A stretch of DNA of 64,000 nt from Chiloscyllium plagiosum (GCF_004010195.1 NC_057719.1:20225433-20289432); one strand, 5' to 3'; positions 1-13,790 are shown, numbered from the stretch's first letter. Numbers and translations: made by a program. Notes: a model not told the origin generated them from the letters alone.

Positions 1-34
1 TGATTCTAACTAATGTGATATACATTGTTTTATT

Positions 35-1580
35 TTCATAGAAGAAAAAACAGTACAGCACAGGAATAGGCCTTTTGGCCCACCACTGACATGATGCTTT
101 TCTGAACCAAAAGCCTTTTACCACTATGTGATCCATATCAATCTTCCTTGCTCATTGATGAACTGTAAAGATGCCCCTTAAATGTTGCTATTGTACCTGC
201 TTCTACCACTTCCTCTGGCAGCACATTTCAGGTACTTACCAACCTCTGTGTAAAAAACCTTGCCTTTCTCATCTCTTCTAAACTTTCCCCCTTTTACCTT
301 AAACCTACATTCCTCCAGTAATTGACATTTCTACCCTGGAGATCAGGTGCCAATTATCCATTCTATTCATGCCTCTTGTAATGTTGTAAACTTGTATCAG
401 GTAACCCCTCAACCTCCAAAGTTCAAGTGAAAACAGCCAAGTTTGTCCAATCTCTCCTCATAGCAAATACCCTCCAAAACAGGCAACATCCTGGTAAACC
501 TTTTCTGTACCCTCTCCAATGTATGACATCCTTCTAGTAGCGTGGCGTCTACAACTACATGCAATATTCAAAATTGGCTTAACTAATGTTCTATTCAGCT
601 GCAACATGACTTGTCAATTTTTATACTCTCTGCCTCATTCAATGAAGGCAAGCATGCCATGCACCTTCTTGACAGCTTATTCACTTGCGTTGTTACTTTC
701 AAGGAACTGCGGACTTATCTTCTTTGATCCATTTTAAAGTTAACGTTTCTCAAGTTCTTCCATTTACTACATACTTTCCTCCTACATTAGACCTTCTAAA
801 GTGCATTACCTCACATTTGTTTGGATTAAACTGCACCTCCCTTTCTCTGGCCAAATCTTCAGTCTAAATATATCCTGTTGTATTCTTTGGCAATCCTTCC
901 CACTATTTGCTGCTCCCCAATCTGTGTCGTCTGCAAGCTTACTGATCAGACAATTTATATTCTCCTCCAAATTATTTATATATATTACAAACAGCAAAGA
1001 TTCAGCACTGATCCCTGTGGAACACCACGAGTCACAGATCCGCAATCTGGAAAACATTCTTCCACTGCTATTCTCTCTATCTTCTGTGACCAAGCCAGTT
1101 TTGTATTCATCTTATGAACTCACCCTGGATCCCATATGACTTCACCTTCTATATCAATCCGCCAACAGGGATCTTGTCAAAGGCCTTGCTGAAGTCCATA
1201 TAAAAATCATCCATTGCCCTACCCTCATCAATCATCTTTGTCACTTGCTCAAAAAACTCAATCAAGTTTGAGAGACACAACCTCCCCTTCACAAGCGCTT
1301 GCTGCATATTACTAATAAGGCCATATGTGAGTATATCCGGTCTCTAAGAATCTTCTCCAATAATTGCCCTACCACTGATATAAGTCTCATCGCCTGTAAT
1401 TTCCCAGATTATCCCTGTTGCCCTTCATTAACAAAGGAACTTTGGTTATCCTCCAGGACCTCTCCTAAGACTAAAGAAGACACAAAGATTTTGTACAATG
1501 CCCCAGCAATTTCCTCCTTTGCCTCCCTCAATATTCTAGGATAGATTCAATAAGATCCCGGAGACTTGTCCAACTTAATG
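35..1580 (-). mobile_element. CR1 LINE, 5'-truncated (RT domain and 3' end)
   Basis: Minus ORF 806-1093 contains LLFVIYINNLE...ISKLADDT (CR1 RT motifs); CR1-type 3' end near position 40. Confidence 0.9.
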
Positions 1581-1584
1581 ACAT

Positions 1585-3330
1585 CTATCATCTTTAAATA
1601 CAATCGGTAATCCAAATTTCCCTTACTTAATAATAAGAGTTCAATTGCTTACAGATGTATCTCCTTAAACATAATTGGTTCATTAATAATCAAATTGTCA
1701 TTGAGCTCCAGATGCTTCCATAGGGCATGTGGAACAATTAAACAGAACTTACAGCATGGAAACAGACCATTTGAATCAACTGGTCAATATAAATGTATGA
1801 ACTCCATTCAGGCCTTTGCCCTCCTCCCATTTCATCTAACCCCATCACCATATCCTTCTATTTCTTTTTGATATATTTAACTATCTTTCTCTTAATTGCA
1901 TCTATCTTGTTCACCTCACATTACTTATGGTAGCGAGTTCTGCATATGAACTGCTGCTTGGTAAAATATATTTCTCCTGAATTCTTCATTGGGCATATTA
2001 GTGACTATCTTAGCCCCAAGTTCTCCTTTTATAACCATTAACTCATGATTTGTGAAGGTCTATTATTTTTGACCATCCCAAATGGTCCTTGAGGAGACTA
2101 TAGTGTGCTGCAACCTTGAATTGCTCAAATACTTGACTTAGGAGAAGTGCAGCAAAGGTTCAGCAGAATGATTTCAGGGTTTGAACAGTTAAGTTATGAG
2201 GATAGGTTACATAAAACCTAGTATATCCCCTCAAATTTAGTTGATTCAGAAACAACCTGATTGACATGCTCAAAATGATAAAAGGATTGCATCGAATGTT
2301 TTCTCAGTATCTATCTTATCTGATGGGATCAGGAAGTGGGATCAGATGGGATCAGAATAAGAAAGTGTGATTTTAACATTAAAACTTGGTCTTTCAGGAA
2401 TGAAATCGAAAAGCAGTTTTCACACTGAAGGAAGTATAGGTCTAGAATCTCCTTTCATGAAAGCCGGGAATGCCGTTTCAATGGTAATGTTTGGTGAATA
2501 ATGGATTTTGATTGGTTCAGGGTATCCTGATATATTGGAAAAGGCAGGTCCGTGGATTTTAGGTTCAGATCAGGAATTGAGTGACAAAACAGTCTCCAGA
2601 TGCTAGATGGCATATGGTTCTTATGGATTCTCAGATTTTAAAAGAGATAATTAAACCCAATCTGGATTAAAATTAAATTGCTCTTGAATAAAAATCGATA
2701 ATGCTGAATAAAAATTACGATTAACTTTTCATTGAAGAGTTTGTGGGGAACAAAAGAACAGTTTTCAATGACATGTTGCTTTATATATACAAAACTGCAC
2801 ACTTTTTTAAAAAAGATTGCTCGTCGATTTTAGTAATGGTTTCTTAAATAAATTTAGGTTGATGTATATGACTAATTACACAAGATAAATGTACTCTCTG
2901 AAAGGGTCTATGATGAATGGCATGTTGCTTGGATGACATGAATCATTCAAGCTTCTAAAGATTTTGTCACATGTCCTAGATAAAGTAAAGTCTCGAAAAC
3001 AGATTTTAATTGCACACAACAGACACGGCAAGCTTATGTGCCTTATTATGGTTTGTAAAATTTCTGTATCATGAGATTAAATCATCACTCATTGCATCAT
3101 TACTTTCTCTCAGCAAATATTTTCCACTGCTCGCTTCACAAATACATCATTCACCAATGGAGATAAACAGATTAAGGTTACATTTCTTGCCATTGAAAAC
3201 CCAGCATCAAAATTTAATAGTCTGTCTCCTGTAAACATACCTTGAATAAATTTAGTAAAGAAAAGGTCTTTGTTAAATGGCTGTATGTGAAAACTTAAGC
3301 ATTTTACTGCTTGACTGTAAAGTTGACTTG
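1585..3330 (+). pseudogene. Degenerate paramyxovirus-like nucleoprotein (N) EVE, copy A, interrupted by CR1 fragments (~1735-2620)
   Basis: Collinear peptides SLNTIGNPNF (1591; cf. measles N LVRLIGNPD), EQFSMTCCFIYTKLHTFLKK (2756; cf. EGFNMILGTILAQIWVLLAK), TASLCALLWFVKF (~3025; cf. AGLxxFxLTIKF) and FLAIENPASKFNSLSPVNIP (~3183). By-eye comparison only. Confidence 0.5.
2130..2620 (+). mobile_element. Old CR1 LINE 3' fragment
   Basis: GGAGAAGTGCAGCAAAGGTTCAGCAGAATGATT...TATGAGGATAGGTT is the typical CR1 ORF2 C-terminus. Confidence 0.75.
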
Positions 3331-3344
3331 AATTGAATTGACTA

Positions 3345-3576
3345 TGAGAAAGTGAGGACTGCAGATGCTGGAGATCAGAGTCAAAACTGGTTGCGCTGGA
3401 AAAGCACAGCAGGTCAGGCAGCATCTGAGGAGGAGGAGAATCGATGTTTCAAGCAGAAGCTCTTCATCAGGGATGTCAATCCTGATGAAGGGCTTATGCT
3501 CGAAATGTCGATTCTCCTGCTCCTCAGATGCTGCCTGACCGTCTGTGCTTTTTCAGCGCCACACTCTTTGACTCTT
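3345..3576. mobile_element. Fold-back Penelope-derived element with hammerhead cores on both strands
   Basis: Arms GGAAAAGCACAGCAGGTCAGGCAGCATCTGAGG and CCTCAGATGCTGCCTGACC..TGTGCTTTTTC are inverted; AATC-CTGATGA-AGGGC-TTAT-GCTC-GAAA-TG-TC-GATT at 3478-3513; flanked by (TTGAA)n. Confidence 0.8.
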
Positions 3577-4116
3577 GAATTGAATTGAATTGAATTAGTT
3601 TTATTGTCACATGTACTGAAATGAGTACAGTGAAAAGTTTACAATCGCCACATTATAACACCATCTCAGGTACAAAGGTACCTAGGGACAGATCAAATTC
3701 TCAGGAAACAAAAAATATTTTAAAAGTTAATGAATACATTGTCCAGCAGTATAGATCATGTGCATACATTACAAAAATAAAAAAGCAAAAAGTTTAGAAT
3801 ATCAGTCTTTCTGACCCAGTCCATGCTGACATTTAGCATCAAGGGAGACCTCTAGCACCTCACCGTCGCCTGCGCTGGACCCACCAACATTGGAGTCATC
3901 CCACTTCAGGCACCAGGGGACAAACAAAAAACTTTACAGGCTAAAAAGTCAAGTGTCTCCAAAAACCTGGCATGGAGATGTATAGTTAACTCATGTTCAT
4001 TCAAAGCATGAAGGCCAAATTCAATTTTCATGTGCATGTCTTTATAATGAATGGTGAGCAATTCAACAGTGAACAATATTGAGCACCATTTACAATTCCT
4101 CACATTTTAAACAATT

Positions 4117-6125
4117 TGGAGATGCCGGTGTTGGACTGGGGTGTACAAAGTTAAAAATCACACAACACCAGGTTATAGTCCAACAGGTTTAATTGGAAGC
4201 ACTAGCTTTCGGAGCGCCGCTCCTTCATCAGGTGGTTGTGGAGGCCACAATTGTAAGGCCTAGAATTTATAGCAAAAATTTACAGTGTGGTGTAACTGAA
4301 ATTATACATTGAAAAATACCTTGATTGTCTGATGAGTCTTTCATGTTTTTGAATACCATGATAGTTTCACTTCTTTCATGTGTGAATCACAAGACTTTTA
4401 AAAAAAAGATTGCATTCTCAGGTTAGCTGTAACAATTGGTGTTAGCTTGACAATATGTTGAAGGTGTTAGCCCCCTGTGGTTCTCTGTCTATGCCATGAA
4501 GTTTAGACTGATTCTAATCTAAAAAAGTGAGATAACAGAGTTTTACATGAATTCAAGCAGTTTTTGAGCAAAGTACAATGTAACTCTGCAAGTACTAATT
4601 CACCCCACAAAATATATGTATATGTGTGCGTGTGTGGGTTGGGGGGTTGTGAGATGACAGAGAGTGTACATGTGTGTGTATGTGAGTGTAGAGCATTTTA
4701 AGTCTGTGAGAGGGTGCATGTGTGAATGTGAGAGTGTATGTGTGTGTCTGGGGTGGGGGGTTGTGAGTGTCTGTGAGAGAGAGGTGTGTGTGTATAGGAG
4801 TATCTGTGTGTGTGTATAGTGCAATGGTGGTCACCTGTAATATGACATGAACCCAAGGTCCAAGTTGAGGCCCTCCCTATTGGTACCGAACTTAGCTATC
4901 AGCCTCTGCGGCCACTTTTCGCTGCTGCCTGTCCCGAAGTCCACCTTGGAGGATGGTCACCCGAAGGACCGAGGTCAAATGTCCTGGACCACTGAAGTGT
5001 TCCCCAACTGGGAGGGAATATTCCTGTCTGTTGATTGTTGTGCGGTGCCTATTCATCCGTTGCCGTAGCCTTTGCTCGGTTTCCCCAATCTACCATACCT
5101 CAGGGCATCCTTGCCTGTAACGTATAAGATAGATAACATTAGCTGAGTCACATGAGTACCTGCCACGTACATGGTGGGAGATGTCCCCACGTGTAATGGT
5201 GGTATCTATGTCCACACTCTGACTCGTCTTGCAGCGCCTGCTGTGACAGGGTTGTATGGACTTGTCCTGAAAGTTGGGCAGTTTGCTATGAACAATGATC
5301 TGTTTGAGGTTTGGCAGTTATTTAAAGGTGAGCAGTGGAGGTGTGGGCAAGGTCTTGGTGAGGTGCTCATCCTCACTGAGAATGTGTTACAGGTCATGAA
5401 GAACATGGCGTAGCTTTTCAGCTGCTGGGAAGTACTGAACAACAAAGGGCACCCTGTTGGTTGCAGGACATGCCTGTCTCCTGAGGAAGTCATTACGGTT
5501 CCTTGCTGAGTTGAGCATCATACCCCGTTCTTATGAGGGTACCCCTGAGTACGTCCAGGTGCCCGTCACATTCCTCCTCCAGATCCGGTGTAGATGTAGG
5601 GCTTGTACATAGGGGATGGCTGTTTTAATATGTTTTGGATGGAAGCTGGAGAAGTGTAGCATTGTGAGGCTGTCTGTGCCTTTGCGGTAGAGTATGGTGC
5701 TGAGGTGTCCATCCTTGATGGAGATGCATGTGTCCAAGATTGAGACAGATAGTCCATGGTGAGTTTGATGGTGGGATGAAACTTGTTGATGTGCCTGTTT
5801 GTGTGCCATGGGTCCAGAAGAAGAAAATGTCGTCAATGTACCTGGTGTATAATGTTGGTTGGAGATCCTGCATAGAGAAGAAGTCTTGTTCGAACCTGTG
5901 CATGAAGATGTTGGCATATTGGGTTGCAAATTTGGTCCCCATGGCTGTTCCGTGTGTCTGGATGAAGAACTGGTTGTCAAAGGTGAAGACGTTGTGATCG
6001 AGGATAAAGTGGATGAGTTGGAGGATGGTGTTTGGAGATTGGCAGTTGTTGGTGTTGAGTACTGAGGCTGTTGCCACGATGCCATCATTGTGGGGGATGC
6101 TGGTGTAGAGTGCAGAATGACATTT
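4117..6125 (-). mobile_element. Penelope-like retroelement (RT plus GIY-YIG remnant and pLTR)
   Basis: ORF 5625-6155 has ALYTSIPH, GTAMGTKFA and RYIDDIF (PLE RT); hammerhead core at 4200-4234; TG-rich tract ~4620-4815. Confidence 0.9.
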
Positions 6126-7227
6126 TCTTCCTCTGAACCCATGGCGAGGAGTCACTGATAAAACTACACAGTGATATCAACAAGTGGACAAGTTATATAA
6201 ACGCTTTTGTAGCACAGTGATAATGTTCCTCTCTCTGAATCAGAAGGCCTGGGTTCAAGATACACAGAGAAATGTCATAATACATCGGAACGGTTTGATT
6301 AAATATGTCTGTAAATACTGGCTCTATTACAATATCAAAGTCTAGAAATTCTGTGGTGAGTAATTCATTTCCTGTCTTCCTGTCCACCCATCTATATGGC
6401 ATGAGTCAGGCTTGTGCTGGAATACTTTCCACTTGCCAAAGCAATCAAAAAACTCAATGCCACCCAAGATAAAGCATTGCCATCTATCGTCTTCAACTTT
6501 CAAATTCTTCTTCACTTATCCATGCTGTGTGTACCATCTGCAAGATGCATTACAATAATTCATCAAGGCTCCTTCAACATCATGTTCCAAACCCAATATT
6601 TCTACCACCCAGAAGTTCATGGACAACAGATACATGGTAATTCCCCCAAATGCAAGTTCCCTCTAAGTCATACACCATCCTAAATTGGAACTATATCACT
6701 ATTCCTTCACTGTCCTTGAGTCAGAAATCTGGAACTCACTCTTTACTGCACTCTGCACATGCCTATTCCAAGGACTGCAATGGTTCAAGAAGGTAGGTCA
6801 CTACCATCACTTTCTCCAGTGCATTTAAAAATGGCAAAGAAGGACTGACAATGAACAAATTAAATTAAGCAAAGATTATTGATAAAAGGTATAAATTCTG
6901 CAAATATATCATTTTTTTCTTTTGAACATGCATTCACACAATCTCCAAGCATTGGAAAAGAAATATAAAATTCTGTAGAACGTTATCCAAGTACTCTGGC
7001 CAAGTAACATTTGAATTCAGGAAAAATAAATATTTGTGACCTGTCCAGAGTTTGGTCTGTTATGGAAATCAACACGCACATGAGTTATTTGCACTAGGGT
7101 GTCTTTGTGGGTCAATTGTAGCAAATGCAATTCACTATACTGGAGTTTTGAATTCTAGAAACACTCAACTTACAGTAATAAGTTTTCGCAAGGGGTGTAT
7201 AAATCTCAAAATTTGAAATGGGTTTCA

Positions 7228-7600
7228 GAGAAAGAACAAAGAAAATTTACAGCTCAGGAACAGGCCCTTCGACCCTCCAAGCCTGAGACAATTCAAATCC
7301 ACCGTTTAAACCTGTCGCTCAATTCCTAAGCATCTGCATTACTCTGCGCCCCACCTACTCATGCATCTGCCCAGACTCATCTTGAATGAATCCACCATGC
7401 CTGCCTCTACTACCTCTGCTGGCAATGTGTTTCAGGCACCTACCACCCTCTGTGTAAAGTACTTGCCTTAAACTTCTGTATCCCCCTTAAACTTTTCACC
7501 TCTCATCTTGAAAGCGTGATCTCTTGTTATTGAATCCTTCACTCTGGGAAAAAGCTTATCTCTATCTAACCTGTCCATTCTCTTCATGATTTTGTAGACC
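7228..7600 (-). mobile_element. CR1 LINE 3' end
   Basis: AGAACAAAGAAAATTTACAGCTCAGGAACAGGCCCTTC start, followed by CR1 3' sequence. Confidence 0.8.
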
Positions 7601-7974
7601 AAGTTAGAGAGAGAGAGAGAGAGAAAGAGACAGGAAAAAGGCTATTGCTTGAGTCAAGTTATCCGTCTAATAAATTTTTTTTCTTCCATTCACAGCCTGG
7701 GTCTTGTGAAATTTCTCACAAGATATTCAAAGATTCACCCAACAAAGGTCAGTAGGTTTCCACCAGCTATGCTGCAGCCACAGTAGTAACAATATGCAGG
7801 AGCAATAGGATAGGTAGACACACCCACAGGACATTAGGCACAAAAGGAGCACATTTTATATATTTCTGTATGGAATATGAGAAGTTTTGATTGGTTAAAG
7901 TTGTAATTGAATGCCTGTTTTATTGAAAACTTTTGCTTCAGGATTCTGGTGAAGGTGATGCTGCAAATAAAAGG

Positions 7975-8365
7975 CTAGTGGGGTGAGGTTTGAGAAGATT
8001 TGTAGCTCAAGGTGAGGTTCTGGATGTAGGTTTGCTCGCTGAGCTGTAAGGTTCATTTCCAGACATTTCATCACCCTACCAGGTAACATGTTCAGTGGGC
8101 CTCCGGATGAAGCACTGCTGACGATTCCTGCTTTCTATTTATATGTTGGGGTTTCTTTGGATTGTTGATGTCATTTCCTGTGGTGATGTCATTTCCTGTT
8201 CTTTTTCTCAGGGGGTGGTAGGTGGGGTCTAACTTGATGTGTTTGTTGATAGAGTTCCAGTTGGAATGCCATACTTCTAGGCATTCTCGTGCATGTCTCT
8301 GTTTGGTTTGTCCTAGGATGGATGGGTTGTCCCAGTCGAAGTGGTGTCCTTCCTTATCTGTATCT
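7975..8365 (-). mobile_element. Penelope-like element 3' end (GIY-YIG C-terminus and pLTR)
   Basis: Reverse complement matches the 3' end of the element at 59820-60178 (KEGHHFDW...; tail GAGCTACAAATCTTCTCA). Confidence 0.85.
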
Positions 8366-8579
8366 CAAGAGACCAGGGTTGTGACTTTATCAAGGTCAGA
8401 ATGTAGAAGATGATTCAGACCACTATGATTCAGGTCATGTAATCTCGTGAAAAAGGTAGGACTCTGCCAGAGCAACATAGGCAGCACAAGCAGAACTCCT
8501 GCACCCTGGTCATTGTTTCAAGGAGGTTCCATGCGATAGCCTGGTGGTTACTGTAGATATGTTGGTCACAGACATTTTT

Positions 8580-8800
8580 TATTAGATTCCCTACAGTGTG
8601 GAAACAGGCCCTTTGGCCCAACCAGTCCACACCGACCCTCCGAAGAGTAACCCACCCACACCCATCTCCCTCTGACTAATGCACCTAACACTATGGGCAA
8701 TTTAGTATGCCCAATTCACCTGATCTGCACATCTTTGGACTGTGGGAGGAAACTGGATCACCTGGAGGAAATCCACGCAGACACAGGGAGAATGTGCAAA
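8580..8800 (-). mobile_element. HE1-type SINE (partial)
   Basis: TAGATTCCCTACAGTGTGGAAACAGGCCC...ATCTTTGGACTGTGGGAGGAAAC, shared with the other copies in the window. Confidence 0.9.
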
Positions 8801-11147
8801 ATGTCTGAAGTAAGAGTTGGCAGCCAGGCACAGAGTGGATAGCTTTTTCCACTGAATAAAAACTCTCTTGGTGGGCAGTCAATCACCATCCTGACGTGCT
8901 GACATTCGTCAAGCAATAACTCCACTTACAGTGACTAGCCATATGTACAACAATGCTACATCTCAGCATTAAGGGTTATGTCAGCTGCAAAGCATCATGC
9001 CCAGTCAATGGTGATTTACACCAATGCAAAGCCTGTTATCCTGGGAAAGCCATGTGCACACTCCACCTGCTTTGCTGCGGTCAGGTAAAACACAACAAGT
9101 GTCAGCTCTTGTAGTGTACTAGTAGTGTCCCCATCTTTGAAACACAAGGTCCAGGTTCAAGTCCCATCTGCTCCAGAGATTTGTCATAACATCCCTGGAC
9201 AGGTTGGCTAAAAGAAATATTTAAAACACAACAAAATCCCTTCTTCTGGCTAAAGAAGGTCCACCAGCTCTTTGATTTTTTATCATTTTTATCCTAACTG
9301 TACAAGTGCTAATGGCTGTGCCTACTTTCATTTCCTGTAATACCTCCCTATCTCTTATTCCAGGAGGAAACAGGTGACAATAGAGCAGAAAAAGTCTGAG
9401 AAAAGGAGCCTGACCCTGACCACCCCACGCTTGGACACTGACTGTGCCCAGGTTCCTAGATTGACAGTGGAGACTGCTCTTGATTAACTGTGCCAGGACC
9501 CCTGATTGAAGGCTGTTTCCCATGACTTGACTGAGGCTTACTGCCAAGCTTTCTGGGTTTGTCCCTGCACTTACTGGGAAGGCAAGACAGTAATGCTGTG
9601 AATCTGGTAGCTCTGGCTGAGGGGGCAAATGGCATAGCAAGGGAAGGAGGGAATGAGAGTCAGAGAACAGCCCTCAGATACAGCCTGGTCCAGTCCAATC
9701 TAGGAGCAGGAAGTCTGCTCCTTGCAGATGTATTGCAAAGCTAGTTGCAAATGCATTCTGAGGTGCAGCTTTAAAATGTAGAAGCATCCTTTAAGTGGAT
9801 TGGAGATGTCCAAAATTATATGGAGAGGCTGGCAAGTATCCAGTGCCAAGGTCTGTGAAACATGGGACGTGTACAGTAACTGTCCATGAACGATGCCCTG
9901 AGATGTTGGTACTAGGTGTCCAAGTTGGAGGAACTTAGAAGCAAACAGTGAACTGGAGCTAACAGCCCTCTCACTTCCACATTGAGAGTTCTCAGCATCT
10001 AATTACCTCGTGATGTGTGGTAGGATAGGAGGATGCATATTAATGAGGCAAGAAGTGCAGTTCATTCGGCTGACCGTAATTAATCTCCCTTAACGACATT
10101 TTGTCACTGCCTAGTGAGAATCACATCTCAGCATCTGAAACTCAGCTGAGAAAATGCAGCTAGTTGCTCCTCACATTAAGATAGGTATCAGTTGACATCT
10201 CACATAATTCTCTCAAGTTTCCCGCTATAACCCACATCATTCAGGCCCCTATAAAACTTCCAGTGATCAAACTATTCAACATCACAGTGGATCTATTCTG
10301 GTTCTTAACCACTGTGCTAATACCTATACCAAGATCGCATCCAGCACTGGGGGTGTGCACAAAATATCATCCTTTGTGACAAAACAAGAATACAATGAAT
10401 CCCGAACTTCAAAGTTTACATATAATCATAATGGTTTAGTCTTGCACTACATACATTGAAGTCATTTTAAGTACAAGCAAACATATGTAACCATTGCAAA
10501 CAGATAGAAGAAAAATGAAAAGAAACATCAGATAACATAGGATAAATGTCAGCTTTGGCTCAGATGTGGCTTTTTCACCTCAGGTTCAAGTTTCAGTCCA
10601 AAAACTTAACACTTTTTCTTTGCTGATGCTACAAGATCTTCAAAAAGGTTTAATTGACTATAAGGCACCTTCTGACTTACCAAAGATTGTAAAAGGTGCT
10701 GTATTAAGGAAAGTCATTCAATGTTTACTTTAGTTTTCTGCTGAGGAATTTTGAACTATCAGAGGACACATAAAAATGAGTCCCATCTAACCTTGGATGT
10801 TGAGCTGGAGACAATCATCTACTTTTCAATCAACTTGACAGAAACCTAGCTATCTGTTCACTGAAATTTGCTGCTATTTGTACAACCTTAGCTTGCACAG
10901 TTTGGCTGCCAGGTTACTCTCCAGTAAAATGCTGTCTATGCTTCAAAGAAGTACTTAATTGGCTGTGAAGTGCTTTGGGATTGCAGAGGTTGTAAAAGGT
11001 ACCTTTTTTTATTTCCTTTTTTTCAGCCATGTCATTAAGGAATATAGTACAATAATTGTTAACTAATTAAGTACTCCCCAAAGAATTATATCACTGTTAT
11101 GAAAATAATGGACTAGAAATTGTGATATATAAATTCTTATGCATTCA

Positions 11148-12850
11148 TGACTGTGCTCTATTTAGTTGAGATGTTAAGCTGTTTCTACATTTAAAAATTA
11201 TATGTATAACTATTTCTGGCTACAACACAGGAACTTTGAGATGAAGACTTCCTCGCTGGTCAACAGATTAGTGTTATTGTCTCCAAGTTTGTATTCTTCG
11301 AAAGACCTCAATTTATTTAACATCTTATCACAGCATTCCAAAACATTGGCATGACTGTTCTGAGGAGCAGGGGAGCATTTTGCAAATATTTTGGATCCAG
11401 CTAAAATCTCATCGCTGTGGAGATAAATGAAGGAAGCAGTTCCAAGCGTTGGCAGAGTCAGGCTCCTGAGCAGGAACTCGACTGCTCTGATCAATTATCT
11501 TTCATATCTTCTTGCCTTTTCTTTATTTTCCAGTTTTTTTTTCCTCTCTGCTTATGCTCTAGAGGGAGCTAGATCATGGGGGCAGTGATGCCAGCAGCTG
11601 GGGGCCTGGAGTAGGGATTTCGGTGGTTGGTCACAAGGCAGGCTGGTGTGTCCAGGCAAAACTCTGGCAGTCAGCGGCAGTATGGCTTCTTCCAGGTCCA
11701 GATTGTGGCAGCGGCTGGGAGTCTGGAACATTACCAGCGCAGGAGTCTAGTGATCTGCGAAGATGCAGATGTTGAGCCTGGATGGCAGTCCATGGCGAGA
11801 TGGCAGTGTGGAGGTATGGGGATCGAGAGATTAAGCCAAGCCCTGAAGAGAGAGAGAGAAAGCAAGCCCAGCATGGGAGAGACAAGGACAGAGAGAGAGA
11901 TTGAGCTTAGCGTGGGGTACTGCGCACAATGTTGCGGATGTGATTTCACCTGTGCCATGTATAACTGAAGCATAACTTCCCTAGTTTTGTATTCACTTCC
12001 CCTTGAAATAAATTGTAACATTCTATTAGCTTTCCTCACTACTTGCTGTACCTGCTTACCTAACATTTGCAGTTCATGCATGAGGCTAACCAGATGGTTC
12101 TGCATTTCAGAGCTGCAAAAGCTGAAAGATATTCTATAATATATGCCTTGAGAAATAATTACAAAAATGTGCTTGCCATGTGAAATTGCTCATAGTGTTA
12201 GGTGCGTTAGTCAGGGGTAAATATAGTTCTGGATTATAGGCTAGGGGAATGAGTCTGGGTGGGTTACTCTTTGGACGGTCAGTATGGACTTGTTAGACTG
12301 AAGGGCCTGTTTCCATACTGTAGGGAATATAATCTAAGATATTGAAATCCTCCTCCTGGTTGGAGCTGAGGGCCTTGCTCCAATGTGCTCTGTGATTGTA
12401 CCTCTTTAGTTGGCAAAGTTTTCAGCTCACAGCACTGATCCAGAAGCGGCTGTAATATAAATGTCCTCTGATCTGTTCAGGCATCTGAAACTTTTACTTT
12501 CAAGGTGCTGCTGTATTCAATGAAGAGTGACCAGGAATATTTCCAAGCATTCTACTATTGGATTCTCCATGATTCCAACATCAAACGATCAAGCATTACA
12601 TTGTGTATTATTAAGAACAAACATTTCAATTTATGTTCAAATATGATGGCTCAGTGGTGAGACAAGATATTTATTAGCAAAATAACGTCTTTCTTTTATT
12701 GTCCTATGTAAGATCACAAAATATTTTGGAACATTTTATTATGCACCCGTTCCCAATGTTGTATTATTGGTTCATGAAATTCAAAAGTCAAATAGAAGAC
12801 ACTTGAACAGTTAGTCACAGAATTGAGATGCAAGGTTGAATAAGATCACC
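11148..12850 (+). pseudogene. Degenerate paramyxovirus-like N EVE, copy B (interrupted ~11520-12335)
   Basis: AGQQISVIV...ERPQFI*HLITAFQN...RSRGAF (11255-11380), EGLAPMCSVIVPL*LAK (~12370), RNISKHSTIGFSMI (~12535), NISIYVQ, ETRY (12659; cf. IETRYP) and PNVVLLVHEIQK (~12751; cf. PYMVILENSIQN), all in N order. Confidence 0.6.
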
Positions 12851-13339
12851 GACAAATTGGAGTTCAGCAATTGCACGGAATGACAGTGATAATTGCAAAT
12901 TTTAATTCCATGCATTAAATATTTAACAATTTAAAGCAATTTTACATAATTTTACCTTTAAATCAAGTAAAAATGACATAGGTTTGAAATCTCATTTTAC
13001 CTAAATGGCTTACTCATTCTACATTGGACTGAAGCAATCATGTGAATTTTAATATTTGTATTGCCACTTAAAGAGATTTCAAAATTTTTACATTTTACTC
13101 CTGAGAACTGAAGACAGAGTACAACCATTTTCCACACTGACTTTGTGTATTCATTCCTTGAATCTTAGTCCACCTTTTCGGATTGGGAAAATAAATAAAT
13201 TATGGAAATCACAGTAGGTCAGGCACATTTCATGGATAAATCGATCGTAATTCTAGAAAAGTGAAATTCTTTTGTCAAATCACAATTTGTCTTCCTATAT
13301 ATTCACAGCATTAGTAGGAACATTGCAAGCGACATGCTG

Positions 13340-13790
13340 CTTGCTATTTTCATACGATTCATAGGTTCTGAAGGCTGGTGGTGATTTTCCAATTAAGGTG
13401 AAGTTGAAGGGAAATTACAGTTAACAGCTTCAGTTATAGCAGATTGAATCGAAGAAAGCCAAGTTATGTGGTTGCTGAGTATATGGTATGCCTTGTGATT
13501 TTAACACATAGGTCACTTTGTATTTTAATCATTCATTTAATGACTCAAATGCTGTATATCTGTAAATATATAATATATGAATAAAAGGAAAACTGTGTTC
13601 AAGATAAGCAACTGTAAACACATGCAAACAGCAGGTACATATTCTCTGTCAAGCACACAGGGCATTGAATAATTCTGCATAGACTGGTTGGGAAAGGCAA
13701 TTACAATTAATATGTTGGCTGGCTTGCCACAGTCATTTGAGCTCTAAGTGTGTTTGTATGCTTTCTGTAGCAGCCATTAAAGACACATCA
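13340..13790 (+). pseudogene. Possible paramyxovirus matrix (M) gene remnant
   Basis: DFPIK/EVEGKLQLTASVI (cf. FPI...DGRLVPQVRVI) and KTVFKI; the position after N fits, but similarity is weak. Confidence 0.25.

Larger units (their letters stand above)
7840..10460 (+). pseudogene. Degenerate Mononegavirales L C-terminal (methyltransferase) EVE, copy 0, split by TE insertions
   Basis: DWLKL (~7888; cf. SWYKA), SGEGDAA (7945; GxGxG-like), FKEVPCDSLVVTVDML (~8516), GSILVL (~10289; cf. measles GSILVIK) and MNPELQSLHI (~10395), in L order. Confidence 0.4.

Noticed and set aside
4595..4834. His/Thr-rich ORFs
   Set aside because: Translation of a (TG)n-rich low-complexity tract inside a Penelope element.
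11210..11494. 94-aa minus-strand ORF as a host exon or gene
   Set aside because: No recognisable family; it is the antisense shadow of the + strand N-like relic.
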